DNA from: Octopus vulgaris
Lineage: Eukaryota
NCBI GenBank assembly: GCA_951406725.2
Contig: OX597826.1
Span: 78,926,001 to 78,990,000 of the forward strand
DNA: 64,000 nucleotides
Reading direction: 5' to 3'
The notes beneath the pieces were generated by a model. It was not told where the DNA came from. It ran no database searches and saw nothing but the letters and a program-made list of their open reading frames with translations. Below, piece by piece: positions 1-12,870 of the stretch; position 1 is the first letter of the stretch; each line of letters starts with the position of its first letter. The translations under genes were made by a program, and so were the position numbers.

Positions 1-230
1 CCAGTAAGGTGACGTTGGTAACGATCACACTTGAATGGTGCCCTCTTACGTGCCACCGGCACAGAAGCCAGTTGGCTGCTCTGGCAACGATCACGCTCGG
101 ATAGTGCTCTTGGCACCCCTACAAGCACGGGCACAAGTGCCAGTAAGGCAACGCTGGTAATGATCACACTCGTATGGTGCTCTTTGCACCCCGCTAGTCA
201 TTGAATGCCAGTCATCGAATTGGTACATAA
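1..230 (-). mobile_element. Internal ~60-bp repeat region of the abundant (GAT)n-tailed retroposon
   Basis: Recurrent units gcaacgatcacgctcggatggtgc / ggtaatgatcacactcgaatggtgc, also seen at 15770-16050 and 55480-55680. Confidence 0.7.
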
Positions 231-699
231 AAACTTGTGCAATGAAAATACTTTGGACATCCTCTTGGAAAACTTCATCACCAAAACAAGCAAGGATAGA
301 AAAATGTTTCAAATGATTTGAAGCATTACTTTTCCATGTTTAATAATAAAACATATTATTATACTTGTGTTTGTTTTGATATTAAGATTGAAGAAAATTG
401 GCTTTGTTTGTAAAAAATTTTGGACCTAAGTTTGCATCCTGTAAACAGATTTCATTCCCAGGCCACTGGCCACCTGATACCTATTATGCTGGGGACCTCA
501 CAAGTTAGGTAGATTTATGAGACAGAGAACTGGTTATAAATGTCAAGTTTTTTCCTTGTAAGACTTGGGATTAGTCAACAGGTGACTGAAAGGGAGGACA
601 CGAGACTAATAGAGAATAATTGGGAGTTCCACTGAGACAATTTGCAGAAAGCTACAGACCCAATCTGTGGTCACAGACCTTGACCAGATATTAGATTCA

Positions 700-910
700 A
701 ATTTTGGTACAAGGCCAGCAATGTTAGGGCAGTGGGGTGGGAGTCGATTACGTTAACCCCAGACTTCAAATGGTACTTATTTGATTAATCCCAAAAGAAA
801 TGAAAGATAAAGTCGACCTCAGTGGAATTTCAACTCAGAACAAAAAAAAAATGGCCAAAGCTGCCAAGTATTTTGCCTGGTACACTAACACAGTTCCACA
901 AGCTTGCCTC
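700..910 (-). mobile_element. SINE family B copy (decayed)
   Basis: aaagtcgacctcagtggaatttcaactcagaa core shared with more than 10 copies in the window. Confidence 0.75.
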
Positions 911-959
911 CTTAGACCATGACTAGATATTGCCAGAAGGAAGGTGACTTCACCATCAA

Positions 960-1306
960 CATCATCATCATCATCATAATCATCGTCACCATTTAGCAGC
1001 CGTTTTCCATGCTGGCATGGGTTGGATGGTTTGACTGGAGCTGGCAAGCTGGAGAGCAGCACAAAGTTTCAGTCTGTTTTGGTTTGGTTCCTACAGCTGG
1101 ATGCCCTTCCTAACACCCACCACTCCACAGAGTGTAGTCAGTACCTTTTATGTGTCACTAGCACGGGTGCCTCTTATGTGTCACTGGCATGAGTGCCTTT
1201 TACACATCACCAGCACAGGCCACGACTACAATTTCCTTTGGCTTGACATATTTTCTCAAGCACAGCAAATCTCCAAAGATCTCAATCACTTGTCATTGCC
1301 TCCATG
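960..1306 (-). mobile_element. 3' end of (GAT)n-tailed retroposon
   Basis: (CAT)n followed by tttccatgctggcatgggttgga...ctacagctggatgcccttcctaac; many copies in window. Confidence 0.75.
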
Positions 1307-1694
1307 TGGAAGCACTCCGTCAGTTACGATGATGAGGCTTCCGGTTGATCTGAATCAACGGAACAGCCTGCTCGTGAAATTAACGTGTAAGTGGCTGAGC
1401 ACTCCACAGACACGTGTACCCTTAACGTAGTTCTCGGGGATATTCAGCGTGACACAGAGAGTGACAAGGCCGGCCCTTTGAAATACAGGTACAACAGAAA
1501 CAGGAAGTAAGAGTGAGAGAAAGTTGTGGTGAAAGAGTACAGCAGGGATCACCACCATCCCCTGCCGGAAGCCTCGTGGAGCTTTTAGGTGTTTTCGCTC
1601 TATAAACACTCACAACGCCCGGTCTGGGAATCGAAACCGCGATCTTATGACCGCGAGTCCGCTGCCCTAACCACTGGGCCATTGCGCCTCCACT
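1307..1694 (-). mobile_element. tRNA-headed SINE family C, full copy with TSD
   Basis: Minus-strand head ggaggcgcaatggcccagtggttagggc...ggtttcgattcc with A/B boxes; 12-bp TSD attgcctccatg at 1295-1306 and 1695-1706. Confidence 0.9.
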
Positions 1695-2009
1695 ATTGCC
1701 TCCATGAGACTCAACATTAAATGGTGGGAAAGTACCCCTGTACATTACAGCCATAAAAACAAAGAGACAGACCTGAAATGACAAGGAAAAAATGGGCTAC
1801 ATCAACAAAACCATGTGGCAGAAGGAAAGCTGAACATCAGGTGCACTTAGCAAATAGAGACACAGAATGTAAAAGGTTTACCAATTTCTTGTAGTAAGAG
1901 GATTGGCAGCATGAAGGGTTTTGGGTTGCAAAACAATGTGCTAGAGTGAAGATGTTGTTGGGAGAGAAGTGGGTTCAAAATGATAATGGTACGATTGCTG
2001 TTAAGCCTT

Positions 2010-2217
2010 TCTATTAGAGGCACAAGGCCTGAAATTTGGGTGAGGGGGATAGTCGATTACATCGACCCCCAGTACGCAGCTGGTACTTAACTTATTGACC
2101 CCAAAAGAATGAAAGGCAAAGTCGACCTCAGTGGAATTTGAACTCAGAACGTAGTGGCAAGCGAAATACCACTAAGCATTTCGCCCAGTGTGCTAATGAT
2201 TCTGCCAGCTCACCGCC

Positions 2218-2289
<72 letters not shown>

Positions 2290-2492
2290 GTAAGAAGAAG
2301 AATCCTTTCAACTATAGGCACAAAGCCTGAAATTTGGGGGAGGAGGATAGTACGCAACTGGTAATTAATTTATCGACCCCAAAAGGATGAAAGGCAAAGT
2401 CGACCTCAGTGGAGTTTGAACTCAGAGGGTAGGGGCAAGCGAAATACTGCTAAGCATTTCGCCCAGTGTGCTAACGATTCTACCAGTTTGCT
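2010..2492 (-). mobile_element. Two tandem SINE family B copies separated by (AAT)n
   Basis: Near-identical 2010-2218 and 2305-2492 blocks; (AAT)n at 2220-2288. Confidence 0.85.
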
Positions 2493-2499
2493 ACTGCTA

Positions 2500-3460
2500 A
2501 ATGACACTGGTAAAAACTATGCATGAAGGTGTTATTAATGAGAGGCTGCTAAATGAGGAGGATGCAAGAGGAGAGATGTTGGATCTACCCCAAGTTGATC
2601 CAACAGAAGGTCTGGCTATTCAAGTTGACAGCTGTACGATCACAAATGAAAGTACTTATGAAGGCAGGGAAGTCAGACATGCTTTCTGGGAAATTGTTAC
2701 AGAAACGATTCAAATATCTGGCTAAGTAGGTCACATGCATGACTAGTGAGTCAGGCAGTACAGGAAAGTACCGTATCCAGTGACTGGCATAGCAGTGCAA
2801 TTGTCAACTGCAAAAAGAGCAAAGGAGTTGCACTAGAGAGAGGAAATTAGAGATGTTTCTTTATTAACCTATTAAGGTTTTACATAGGGAGGTACATTAC
2901 AAGGACAGACAAAGGATATTCAGGGTACAAACTCGCTTCTTATATACAGTGTGAAAAACCGGATGGATTTACATATATTGTGAATGAGGGTCAAAAATAT
3001 AAATATAAATGGTGATCGGATGAGTTTTGGGTCCGGGTTAGTGAGTTAACCCACCGTGTGGTTATCCCTTTTTGGTAATCTTTTTCCTTTCTTTTATGCT
3101 CCGACCGACTGTGCAAGCCCAGCCTCTTGCATTCTCATCTTTCTTACCACTGTTGTCCATCTTTTTCCAAACGCTCTTTGCAGCAGGCTCCTCCTCTCCA
3201 GACGGATTTTGCTGGGCAGTGAAGTAATTCACCAGCCAACGTCCGCAGATGAATTGACCTGTCGTAATCCCTTTTGCTTGCGAGAGGAAATTAGAGAGGC
3301 ATCAAATTGTTGGGCCACGTGACAAAGATTATAGGGAAAAATCACAGCACAACTGAAGAGGAAGAAAATTAGCCAAGACGAGATGCAGTTCAGCATTAGG
3401 CCTAAAAGAATTTGTTTTAGGGAAACAAATGCAGAAGTATTTAATTAAAAGTAAGCCCCT
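2500..3460 (+). mobile_element. Decayed RTE-like LINE ORF fragment, split by an L1/Tx1-like insertion
   Basis: Across the insertion reads K-G-V-A-L-E-R-G-N-*-R-G-I-K-L-L...D-E-M-Q-F, the NYRGIxLL...QFGF start of a non-LTR RT. Confidence 0.7.
2854..3281 (-). mobile_element. 5'-truncated L1/Tx1-like LINE 3' end
   Basis: 16-bp TSD gagaggaaattagaga (2838-2853, 3282-3297); minus strand encodes KIRLERRSLLQRAFGKRWTTV; ends aataaagaaac. Confidence 0.75.
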
Positions 3461-3477
3461 ATAACTGGTTTCAAATT

Positions 3478-3625
3478 CTAGATGGTGTAATTTAATTGTT
3501 CATTTTGAATTGATAAAAGGTGGTTTTTTTTCCTCATTTTTATATATATATAATGTTTTGTGAAATTTGATTTAGCATTTCTAAATTGAATTTTTCCCTG
3601 TAAGTTAGGAATAATATTCCCTCAA

Positions 3626-3626
<1 letters not shown>
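3478..3626. repeat. Unclassified ~150-bp dispersed repeat (second copy 8907-9068)
   Basis: ctagatggtgtaatttaattgttcattttgaattgataaaaggtg...taatattccctcaaata near-identical in both places. Confidence 0.8.
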
Positions 3627-3709
<83 letters not shown>

Positions 3710-3712
<3 letters not shown>

Positions 3713-4092
3713 GTAGGGGCAGTCTGTTGGGGTCAGCAGAATTTTCAGATTAAAAACGGTATGGTTTTTGCCATGTCCCATGAGAATGTGAGCTTCAATG
3801 ACATGGTCCGTCATTTGATTGCCCACAAGGTGAGTTCCATTGCATAGTGTGGCTGCATTTAGATTGCATAGGAGGATGGCAGGGCAACCGACTTTTAAAT
3901 GAAGTCCATGGAGAAGGAATCCTGGAGGATGGTGGGAGTTGAGAAATCCTGTTAGAAAGTGTGTCACCTGATTGAGGTTGGTAACGGTGTCAACTGATCT
4001 GTAACAACGTTCTTGGGAAAGTAGCTTACTGAGTAAGTCATAGTTAAGAGTGGTGACAGCTTCATTTGCAGGTGCCAGAACAGCCCTGTGCT
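3710..4092 (-). mobile_element. Helitron Pif1-like helicase fragment (pseudogenised)
   Basis: RAVLAPANEAV...YRSVDTV...FLNSHHPPGFLLHGLHLKVGCPAILLCNLNAATLCNGTHL matches Helitron RepHel helicase motifs. Confidence 0.9.
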
Positions 4093-4959
4093 AACATGCA
4101 AATGTCAGAAGTTTGCAGTGAATGGGCATTGTTAAAACTGTACAACTGTCACAACTTTGTATGAGTAAAAGCAGAGAATATATTGAAGGTAGATTAATTC
4201 CTGAAGGCATTTAAAAAATAATTAAAAGTTGATTTAAACTGCATGTCTACTTCAAGGAAGTGCTAATGTGCAAATATAGGCAGCCTGCAGTGAATGGGCA
4301 TTGTCAAAACTGTAGTAGAAAACAAAGTGAAAGTAGCATACCTACGTCATCAAGAAGCAACAATTGTTGGTATTGGTTATTTATCCATAAGAAGGTGTTT
4401 ACATCCCCTAGGGGCAGCATTACTCATTATGTGGAAAATTTGAAGAGTTTATGACCATCTCTGAAACATAAGTGATATGTGTTCCCAGCATGAACAAAAC
4501 TGGATTAAAAATATAGATTTTAAGGGGATCAAGAAAAAGGCCTGTACACACACACACATCTTCCGTTTTATTATATAATATATATATATATATATATTGT
4601 GCATGTGTGTGTGAATGTATATCTCCCCGTGGTGTATATGTATATACATGGCTATAAGAGTATAGGATTGTTTGAGCATGGTTGTGTCATATTTCACTAC
4701 AGTCTCACTTCCGTGGCTGTACTTACGTTTTGGTTTCACTACATTTCATTGTGTGAGAAAGTATTTTGAGGTGTGGTTAGAGAACATGACTAAAATTTTA
4801 TGCATGGTCTTCTGACCTATTAACCTTATTTCAAGCTTACTATTTTCCAATACGGTTTTTTTCTCTTGATCTTTATATCTCCCACTGCCTCTTCCCAGTT
4901 TAATTAATTTCTTTTCTATTCTATCATAATTTATGTGGGTGCGGGAGTATCTTTTAACT

Positions 4960-5392
4960 TTTATCCTTTGTCTTTCATGTGTGCTTCAGTCTCTAGACTG
5001 TGGCCATGCTGGAACAACACTCTGAAGTATTTTAGTCAAGTGAAGCAATTCCAACACTCATTTTTATTTTTAGCCAAGTACTTATTCCATCAGTGCCTGC
5101 TACCTAACCACTAAGTTGTGGGGACATAAACACACCAACATTGGTTGACAAGCAGTGGCGGGGAACAAACATAGACACAAAGACACACAAACATCTATAT
5201 ATATATATATTCTTCTACTCTTTTACTCTTTTACTTGTTTCAGTCATTTCACTATGGCCATGCTGGAGCACCGCCTTTAGTCGAGCAAATCAACCCCAGG
5301 ACTTATTCTTTGTAAGCCTAGTATTTATTCTATCAGTCTCTTTTGCTGAACCACTAAGTTACGGGGACGTAAACACACCAGCATCGGTTGTC
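4960..5392 (-). mobile_element. Two SINE family A 3' fragments
   Basis: ttttacttgtttcagtcatt...ggccatgctggagcaccgcc...aaacacaccagcatcggttgtca. Confidence 0.8.
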
Positions 5393-5439
5393 ATATAAAA
5401 TGACAACAATTTACCCATCGCACCCTGTACACACACACA

Positions 5440-6085
5440 AGTATATAAAATGAGAAAAATTGCCTACCCACTGAAGACAGTGGGTAGGCAAAGGACAAAC
5501 AACAACACCCAGGCTGAGAATGGTCTTCACCCACATAAGGTCTTGTTATTCGTTTGGTGGGATAGGAAATGTTTAGTCCACTTTGAACTTTTAAAGTCAA
5601 ACCAAACAATAACAAAGGAGATCTACTGCAAGCAGCTTGAGCCGCTTAAGTCAGTGCTAGAAGAAAAACGACCATCTTTGGTTTCAAGATGAAAGGTGTT
5701 CTTCCATCAGGATAATGCTCGGCCATATTCAGCGAGGATGGTATTCCAAAGGCCGGAGCAGTTTGAATGGGGAAATGATGCCCCACCCACCATATTCGCT
5801 GGACATTGCCCTATCTGATTATCATTTATTCCACAGTCTTCAAAATCATTAGGATGGGGAAAATATGAATTCTGTAGGCGAGGTCAGAGCAGCACTGGAG
5901 GAGTATTTTTCATCACAGACAGGTGAATTTTGGAAGAGGGGCCTTGCAAGTCTAGCAGAGAGATGAAAGAGCATTGTAGAAAATGAAGGAGAGTATATTT
6001 TAGATTAGGAAAGAATTTTGTTAATCTTAATTGTGAAAAATAAAAATAAAAAGTATAAAAAAACCCACATTATTTATGGACTGAC

Positions 6086-6091
<6 letters not shown>
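5440..6091 (+). mobile_element. Mariner transposase relic (DD34D catalytic part) with right TIR
   Basis: LHPHKVLLFVWWD...FHQDNARP...PHPPYSLDIALSDYHLFHSLQN...IVENEGEYILD*; stops and a frameshift; ends ttatggactgacccaata then (TA)n. Confidence 0.95.
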
Positions 6092-6130
<39 letters not shown>

Positions 6131-6532
6131 GTATGTATGTATGTATTGTGTGTATGTATGTTTGCATGTATGTATGCATATATATATAAGGAAAATGGAG
6201 AGTTTGATTACAGATAAAATCAATTAATTAATATAATAGGTTTTTATTGCCCACATAGGATAAAATATACGTTAAATAAATTCAAATAAATAAAATTAAA
6301 TAGACATTGTAGGAATAGATATATGTCTAGTAATTCCAAATAGATATAATTAAATAGGCATTATGGGAATAAATAAATGCCGAGAACCAATAATGTTGTA
6401 TTAATCAAATAGAGGAATACTCATTGAAACCCTTACTATCAGCTAATGTATCAAAATAAATAATTTAACAAGTGTATTAAATAAATGAGGGATAGACAGC
6501 TCGTTAGATTCATAAGGGAAAAGAAATAGATA

Positions 6533-6709
6533 GGCGCAGGAGTGGCTGTGTGGTAAGTAGCTTGCTTACCAACCACGTGGTTCCGGGTTCAGTTCCACTG
6601 CGTGGCATCTTGGGCAAGTGTCTTCTGCTATAGCCCCGGGCCGACCAATGCCTTGTGAGTGGATTTGGTAGACAGAAACTGAAAGAAGCCTGTCGTATAT
6701 ATGTATATA

Positions 6710-6750
<41 letters not shown>

Positions 6751-6952
6751 TTGTGTGTCTGTGTTTGTCCCCCTAGCATTGCTTGACAACCGATGCTGGT
6801 GTGTTTACGTCCCCATCACTTAGTGATTCGGCAAAACAGACCGATAGAATAAGTACTGGGCTTATAAAGAATAAATCCCGGGGTCGATTTGCTCGACTAA
6901 AGGTGGTGCTCCAGCATGGCCACAGTCAAATGACTGAAACAAGTAAAAGAGT
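6533..6952 (+). mobile_element. tRNA-headed SINE family A, full length
   Basis: ggcgcaggagtggctgtgtggtaag...gggttcagttccactgcgtggc; central (TG)n; gactgaaacaagtaaaagag tail. Confidence 0.9.
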
Positions 6953-7013
6953 ATACTTAATTGGTAAACCCACAAGTTTTTTTTGGTTCTCTCTCTGTAT
7001 ATTTTCTCTTATT

Positions 7014-7050
7014 CCTTTCTGTTGAAGAGCATACGCTCAAAACATAAAGG
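7014..7050 (+). ncRNA. Degenerate minimal hammerhead-like motif
   Basis: ccttt CTGTTGAA gagc-atac-gctc AAAA cat aaagg; helices I and II pair, core decayed at CpGs; family shared with 39159 and 49696. Confidence 0.45.
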
Positions 7051-7375
7051 ACTTTCTCACTTTCCCGAGTGTCAAATTAATACACCTGCTTGTTGTTCAT
7101 ACATCTGTCTTCGTCTTTTGTTTTTTCTGTAAATTTCAACTGTGTATGTGTGTGTGTGTGTACATATATGTATATGTCTAATAAATTTTTGAATAATGAA
7201 TTATATTTAAATAAACACTCCATGAACGATAATAATTCAAATAAACATAACAATTGACCTTAAAATGAAATGTACCCTCACCCTTTGAAAATAGTGTAAT
7301 TCCATACATGTGATGCATAGTGACTCATACTCCAGCCCCACCCATTAAATATAAATATTAATTTAACTAAAAATA

Positions 7376-7780
7376 TGTGGTAAGTAGCTTGCTAACCAAC
7401 CACATGGTTCTGGGTTCAGTCCCACTGCGTGGCATCTTGGGCAAGTGTCTTCTGCTATAGTCCCGGGCCGACCAATGCCTTGTGAGTGGATTTGGTAGAC
7501 GGAAACTGAAAGAAGCCTGTCGTATATATGTATATATATGTATGTATGTGTGTGTGTGTTTGTGTGTCTGTGTTTGTCCCCCTGGCATTGCTTGCCGATG
7601 CTGGTGTGTTTGCGTCCCCGTCGCTTAGCGGTTCGGCAAAAAGAGACCAATAGAATAAGTACTGGGCTTACAAAGAATAAATCCTGGGGTCGATTTGCTC
7701 GACTAGAGGCGGTGCTCCAGCATGGCCGCAGTCAAATGACTGAAACAAGTAAAAGAGTAAAAAAAGAGTAAAAAGAGTAT
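7376..7780 (+). mobile_element. SINE family A copy
   Basis: Near-identical to 6533-6952. Confidence 0.9.
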
Positions 7781-7911
7781 AATAACATAAATAAATAAGA
7801 CCAAAAAATTTATAACAAAAATTGAAATTCTCACAACCAAATATATTGATTTGGATTCTTGCTAATATATATATTCTATTTTTATTCTTTTCACAAATAA
7901 GTAGATATATA

Positions 7912-8120
7912 TTTCTTTACTGCCCACAAGGGGCTAAACATAGAGGGGACAAACAAGGACAGACGAAGGGATTAATTTGATTATATCGCCCCCAGTGCGA
8001 AACTGGTACTTTATTTATCGACCCCGAAAGGATGAAAGGCAAAGTTGACCTCGGCGGAATTTGAACTCAGAACGTAACGACAGACGAAATACCGCTAAGC
8101 ATTTCGCCCGGCGCGCTAAC
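7912..8120 (-). mobile_element. SINE family B copy
   Basis: tttatcgaccccgaaaggatgaaaggcaaagttgacctcggcggaatttgaactcagaac. Confidence 0.9.
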
Positions 8121-8723
8121 TATAAGTAGATATAGGAGTGGTGGCCAGCCAGAAACTGGTCTAAGGAGAATGATAGTATGACCCACTTCCTCAGAACTAC
8201 AACTAGCCACTGTCCACTGTGGTTGTAATTTAGCCTCAAGCTATTTTTAGAAAGGAGTCCAAACGGCACACATGCTGACAAACACAAACACACAAAAGTA
8301 TGCTGCTATCTCAGTCTGTAAGCAACTCCCCATCATTTAGGATGTGAATGGATGTTTGTCAATTTTTGCCCTGAAGAAATTTTTACCTTTTTAAATACAT
8401 AATGCAATCTTAATTGCAAAATATGAATGAAGGTAAGAAACTGAAATGTATACAAGCGATATGAAATTGACGGTTATATAAACAAACTGATTTCATTTGC
8501 TGCAGTCAAACTCTGCATTTTCCTTATACCATGTTATCAAAATCCTGTTCTCCTGTGTTGAATGGATGAAAACATCCATAACGAGTACTGGAACCTCATA
8601 AAGTGTTAACACTAATGCTAACATGAATTAATCAAATCCAAATATCTTAATCAATATGGAGCTAAACTGGTGTACGCTTGGATAAAATACATCCCTGTGA
8701 AAGAGCAACCACTTTCCATTTAA

Positions 8724-8774
<51 letters not shown>

Positions 8775-8961
8775 AATATATATATATACACATAGTTATA
8801 GTTATTCTACCAAATATATACATTTTTATTATTTTTTTGCAATTTACTTAATCATCGGTATATTATTGTTATTTTAATTTTAATATTTCTATTATATGTA
8901 ATTTTCTAGATGGTGTAATTTAATTGTTCATTTTGAATTGATAAAAGGTGCTTTTTTTCTA

Positions 8962-8998
<37 letters not shown>

Positions 8999-9075
8999 TG
9001 TGTGAAATTTGATTTAGTTTTTCTAAATTGAACTTTTCCCTGTAAGTTAGGATTAATATTCCCTCAAATAATTAT

Positions 9076-9117
<42 letters not shown>

Positions 9118-9195
9118 GCTATTCTCCACTAGGAACGGTCGGTCCGACGGGTTATATATATATATATATACACACATATATGAGGTATTGGTATC

Positions 9196-9828
9196 TAGAA
9201 GACCCAAAGAGTGTCAGGTAATGCTAAGTAAGTGCTATGGAGAGACTGTAGTTAAACTCTTGGTTTGATAATGATACGAGTGAGGAATCTAATGTGGGTC
9301 TTGTATTAGCATGTATGTATATATATTAGACAGAATAAGATAACAAAGCCAAGGCTGTGAGCAGTTTTCAGGACATTTATAAGGAAATAGTCTTACAGCT
9401 GTTTCTGGGACATCATGGATTACTTCCGGCAGGCCGCTGGAAGTTCCCTCATGCGCATGCGCATAAACTGCAAACTGAAAGCGTTCCCGCTGAATCTTTC
9501 TTTTTGGAAGAGTAGCCCCAATGAGTGGACATGAAACTTCTCTCAGGGAAAACCCTACGTATAGAGAAGCTCTCTCTTTGAAGAGGGAATGGAGACAGTA
9601 TCTTCTTGGCTCACACAAGTGAACATTTGTGAACAGTCTTGTGGACTTGGCTTCCGGTTCACCCTTAAGAAATATATATGTATATAATTTTATCTGTGAA
9701 ACCCGGAAAATCAAGTATTATTTATTGCTATTGAAGACAGTCAGATTTTGGTTCTTTCTTCGACAATTGTATGTGACAAGATAAAACAGACATCCCTCAA
9801 GTGTTCCTGAGACCTTCATCTTGTTACA
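9196..9828 (+). mobile_element. Probable solo LTR
   Basis: Ends gttaca; flanked by 5-bp direct repeat gtatc (9191-9195, 9829-9833); CpG-rich promoter-like core; 5' end is TA rather than TG. Confidence 0.45.
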
Positions 9829-10116
9829 GTATCCATAATACATGATATAAAATAGAGTGCCAAAAGGAATAAATGAGGGATGACAAGCTGTTCTACTGTT
9901 TGAGAGAGAAGAAAACTTTATTCACAATAAAGTGTCTTGCTCAAGAACTCAACGCGTCGACGGGAATCGTACTCACGATCTTACAATCGTGAGCCGAATG
10001 CCCTAACCACTAAGCCACTCGCCTTCACTCAATGGCAAATGTGTATAGACTGACAGTGCAGCGTTGCTAACCTTTTATAAAGAAGAAACCAACATTGGTA
10101 ATATTAGTACGAGGAT

Positions 10117-10328
10117 AGGTTTAGGTGAATGACGAATTAATTATACGAACAGGAACGGTCGGTCCGACGGGTTTCCATAACTTCTACGGACAAGATTTTG
10201 GTTGATCCTTGGGCAAATATCTTCTTCTATGGCTACAGATCAACCAAAATCTTGTACGTAGAAGTTATGGAAACCCGTCGGACCGACCGTTCCTGTTCGT
10301 ATAATTAATTCGTCATTCACCTAAACCT
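10117..10328. repeat. 91-bp inverted repeat (1 mismatch), 30-nt loop
   Basis: 10117-10207 is the reverse complement of 10238-10328. Confidence 0.95.
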
Positions 10329-10754
10329 TGGGGCCATTTAGTGGAGAATAGCCTGTTGCAAAACTCTACCGTAGCCGCTCCCTAGCCCTGTTGAGAAAGG
10401 AGGAGGATGGCAGGCGTCATCTCGAACCCGAAACTGTGTCGTCGAAAGTGAATTTCATAAACCACACAGCTTTTCCTGTGATATCGTTAAAAGATCACAA
10501 AGTATGGGAGGGGCAGGAAACACAAATAATTAACTTGGTTCATAGCTTTTCACTTCCACAAAAAGATTTTCGACTGTGGCCGATGGTTTGGTCAAAAACG
10601 ATGCCAGAGAGATATGAACGCAGGACGTTAATTATGTAACTAAATACTGCAAAACATTTTGTCCGAAACCATGTGGTGTCTACTACATAACTGCTATCCT
10701 CCTACTAATATTGCCAATGCTGGTTTCTTCCTTATAAAATTAATTTTTCAAATT

Positions 10755-11410
10755 CTATCTATCTATCTATCCGCTCAGTCGAAGTCGAATCTCGGTTACT
10801 CGTTGGATCGGTGTCCTCCAGTCAGTTCTATCCTGGGCCGCTTCTTTCAGATTGGCTATGTCCATTCCGGTATCACTCTTGATGGTGTCAAGCCAGCGGG
10901 TTCTTGGTCAGCCTCTTCCTCTCTTGCCACTGACCATGATGTCCTTCTCCAGGGATTTTCTCCGCATAATATGACCGAAATATGCCAATCTATGTTTGGT
11001 GATCCTAGCTTCTAGCGACATTTTCGGCCTGATCTGCTTAAGAACTTCTCCATTGGTGAGCCTCACTGTCCATGGAATCTGTAAAAGTCTTCTCCAACAC
11101 CAAAGCTCGAATGCTTTCTTTAGTGTCCAGGTCTCGCATCCATATGTTGCTATTGGGAAGACGATTGCATTCACCAATCTGCATTTGGTAGCGAGTCTGA
11201 TGTCTCTACTCTTCCAGACCCTGCTCATGCTGACCATTGCCTCTCTTCCTAGTACTATCCGCCGTCTTATTTCTGGAGTGCAGTCACCATCTCGATTTAT
11301 TTTGGAGCCAAGGAAGATGAAATCATCAACCACTTCGATCTCTTCATTATCGATCTTGATGCTGATGTTTGTTGTGGCTGCTGTTGACATGATCTTCGTT
11401 TTCAAATTGA
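10755..11410 (-). mobile_element. RTE (BovB-like) LINE 3' part
   Basis: KTKIM...EVVDDFIFLGSKI...EIRRRI...YGCETWT...FELWCWRRLLQIPWT...YFGHIMRR...GKRGRG; short-repeat tail. Confidence 0.95.
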
Positions 11411-12832
11411 TAATTTCAATTCCATATTTCTACTTTTTCAAGGGAGGTAACTATAAATATACTCAAGGGACACAACTCTTTAATTGTTTTATATTTTAAA
11501 TCGAAGCAGTTGCGACTTCGTTTCCCTGGACACTTCTTTCTCTTATGTAACTATTATTACACTTAAAATATAATTATGAGGTCTTCTCGGCGCTTAGTGA
11601 GGAAAATTTCGGTTCACAAGTATTCCATAGCAGAGCCGTTAAATAAATGAAACTGAGAAAGTATTAAACAAATATCTCACTGAAGAATTTTTGGTCGCTG
11701 TGCATACAGTCAATTTTGTTTGGGGATTCTTGTGGGGTGCCACTGATTTACATTGTCTATTTTAAAGGTTTTTACCTTCTGTAACTACACGGGTTTATTT
11801 AGGATTTCTGTAATCAATCGATCTGCTAGAAATAGCAGCCAAACCTGTCTCGATCACACACTAGTTTTTAAAAATAATGAAAGGCATTAAAAAAGTAGTT
11901 TAAGATTTATCCTGTTAATATAACCAGGATGTCAAGAAGTGGTGTAATATTCCAGTATTAAGGAACTAAAGTACATGACAATTAATTTAATAGGACCCAT
12001 ATTGTATACTAGTGCCTTGAATTTTTGTTTTTCCTCATAAGAAGAAGCAAACAGAAAATTAGTTTCCTCACAATTATAATTGTGAATTGGATTCAACCTT
12101 AACAGCAGTTGGCTTCCTTGACATGGTCTGGTGATTTTATAGAAATTTGTTTTTAGTAGAAAACAAATTATATGCAGTTGTATTATTTAATTATCGACTG
12201 CATGTTTTCTTTTTGTTGTTGAACTGGTATCACATCTTCCAGGCTAAAATAGGAATTTCTTCAAAATATGGGAAATACTCAATTTTATCACAGAGCATAA
12301 AGTAAAAACAACAGAGAACATTCAACTGATCTCAATGTAACATTCAAATGAAAACAATTCTAATTTAAAAGGGAAAGAATTAACTCATGAATTACAGAGA
12401 AACGAAGGCATCCAGCAGACCATTTTCAATGAATTTTGGAATTCCACGAAATGGTTCTTTCACTTCTAGATTAGAAATCAGTTTTCTTTCGAACATTTCA
12501 TGGCACTTAATTTAATATAGACCTCATAAATTCTAATGCATTCAATGAGCTAGAATCTATGCACCATTTTATTTTAATGGTTAGCATATTATTTGAAGAT
12601 TCCAATCATTACAGTCAACTTGCCAAATTCATTTAACTTTCAACTTTTAACAACTCCAATGTTTCCTTGTAAGGATTGACTTTGTGATATCTTCAAACAA
12701 AATTAAGAATCTTAGAGTTCAGCGCTGTAATCTACTTTACCTTTGTCATGGAGTTCCATTCAAAATTGAATTCAGAGACAGAAACAGGACATCTAAAAAT
12801 TCAGCTGAACAGTTCAAAAGAGAGAGTCAAGA

Positions 12833-12870
12833 CTATTAAAAAAGGTTGCAAGATGCAACGAAGATTTTAG
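12833..12870 (+). ncRNA. Degenerate minimal hammerhead-like motif
   Basis: cta TTAAAAAA g gttgc-aagat-gcaac GAAG att t tag; same family as 51823-51859. Confidence 0.35.

Noticed and set aside
4640-4950. Possible Penelope GIY-YIG C-terminus and decayed hammerhead on minus strand
   Set aside because: Resemblance needs several frameshifts; too degenerate to call
10996-11499. 167-aa plus-strand ORF
   Set aside because: Antisense shadow of the RTE ORF
12000-12800. Possible decayed transposase
   Set aside because: Multiple stops in the frames I checked and no motif I can name
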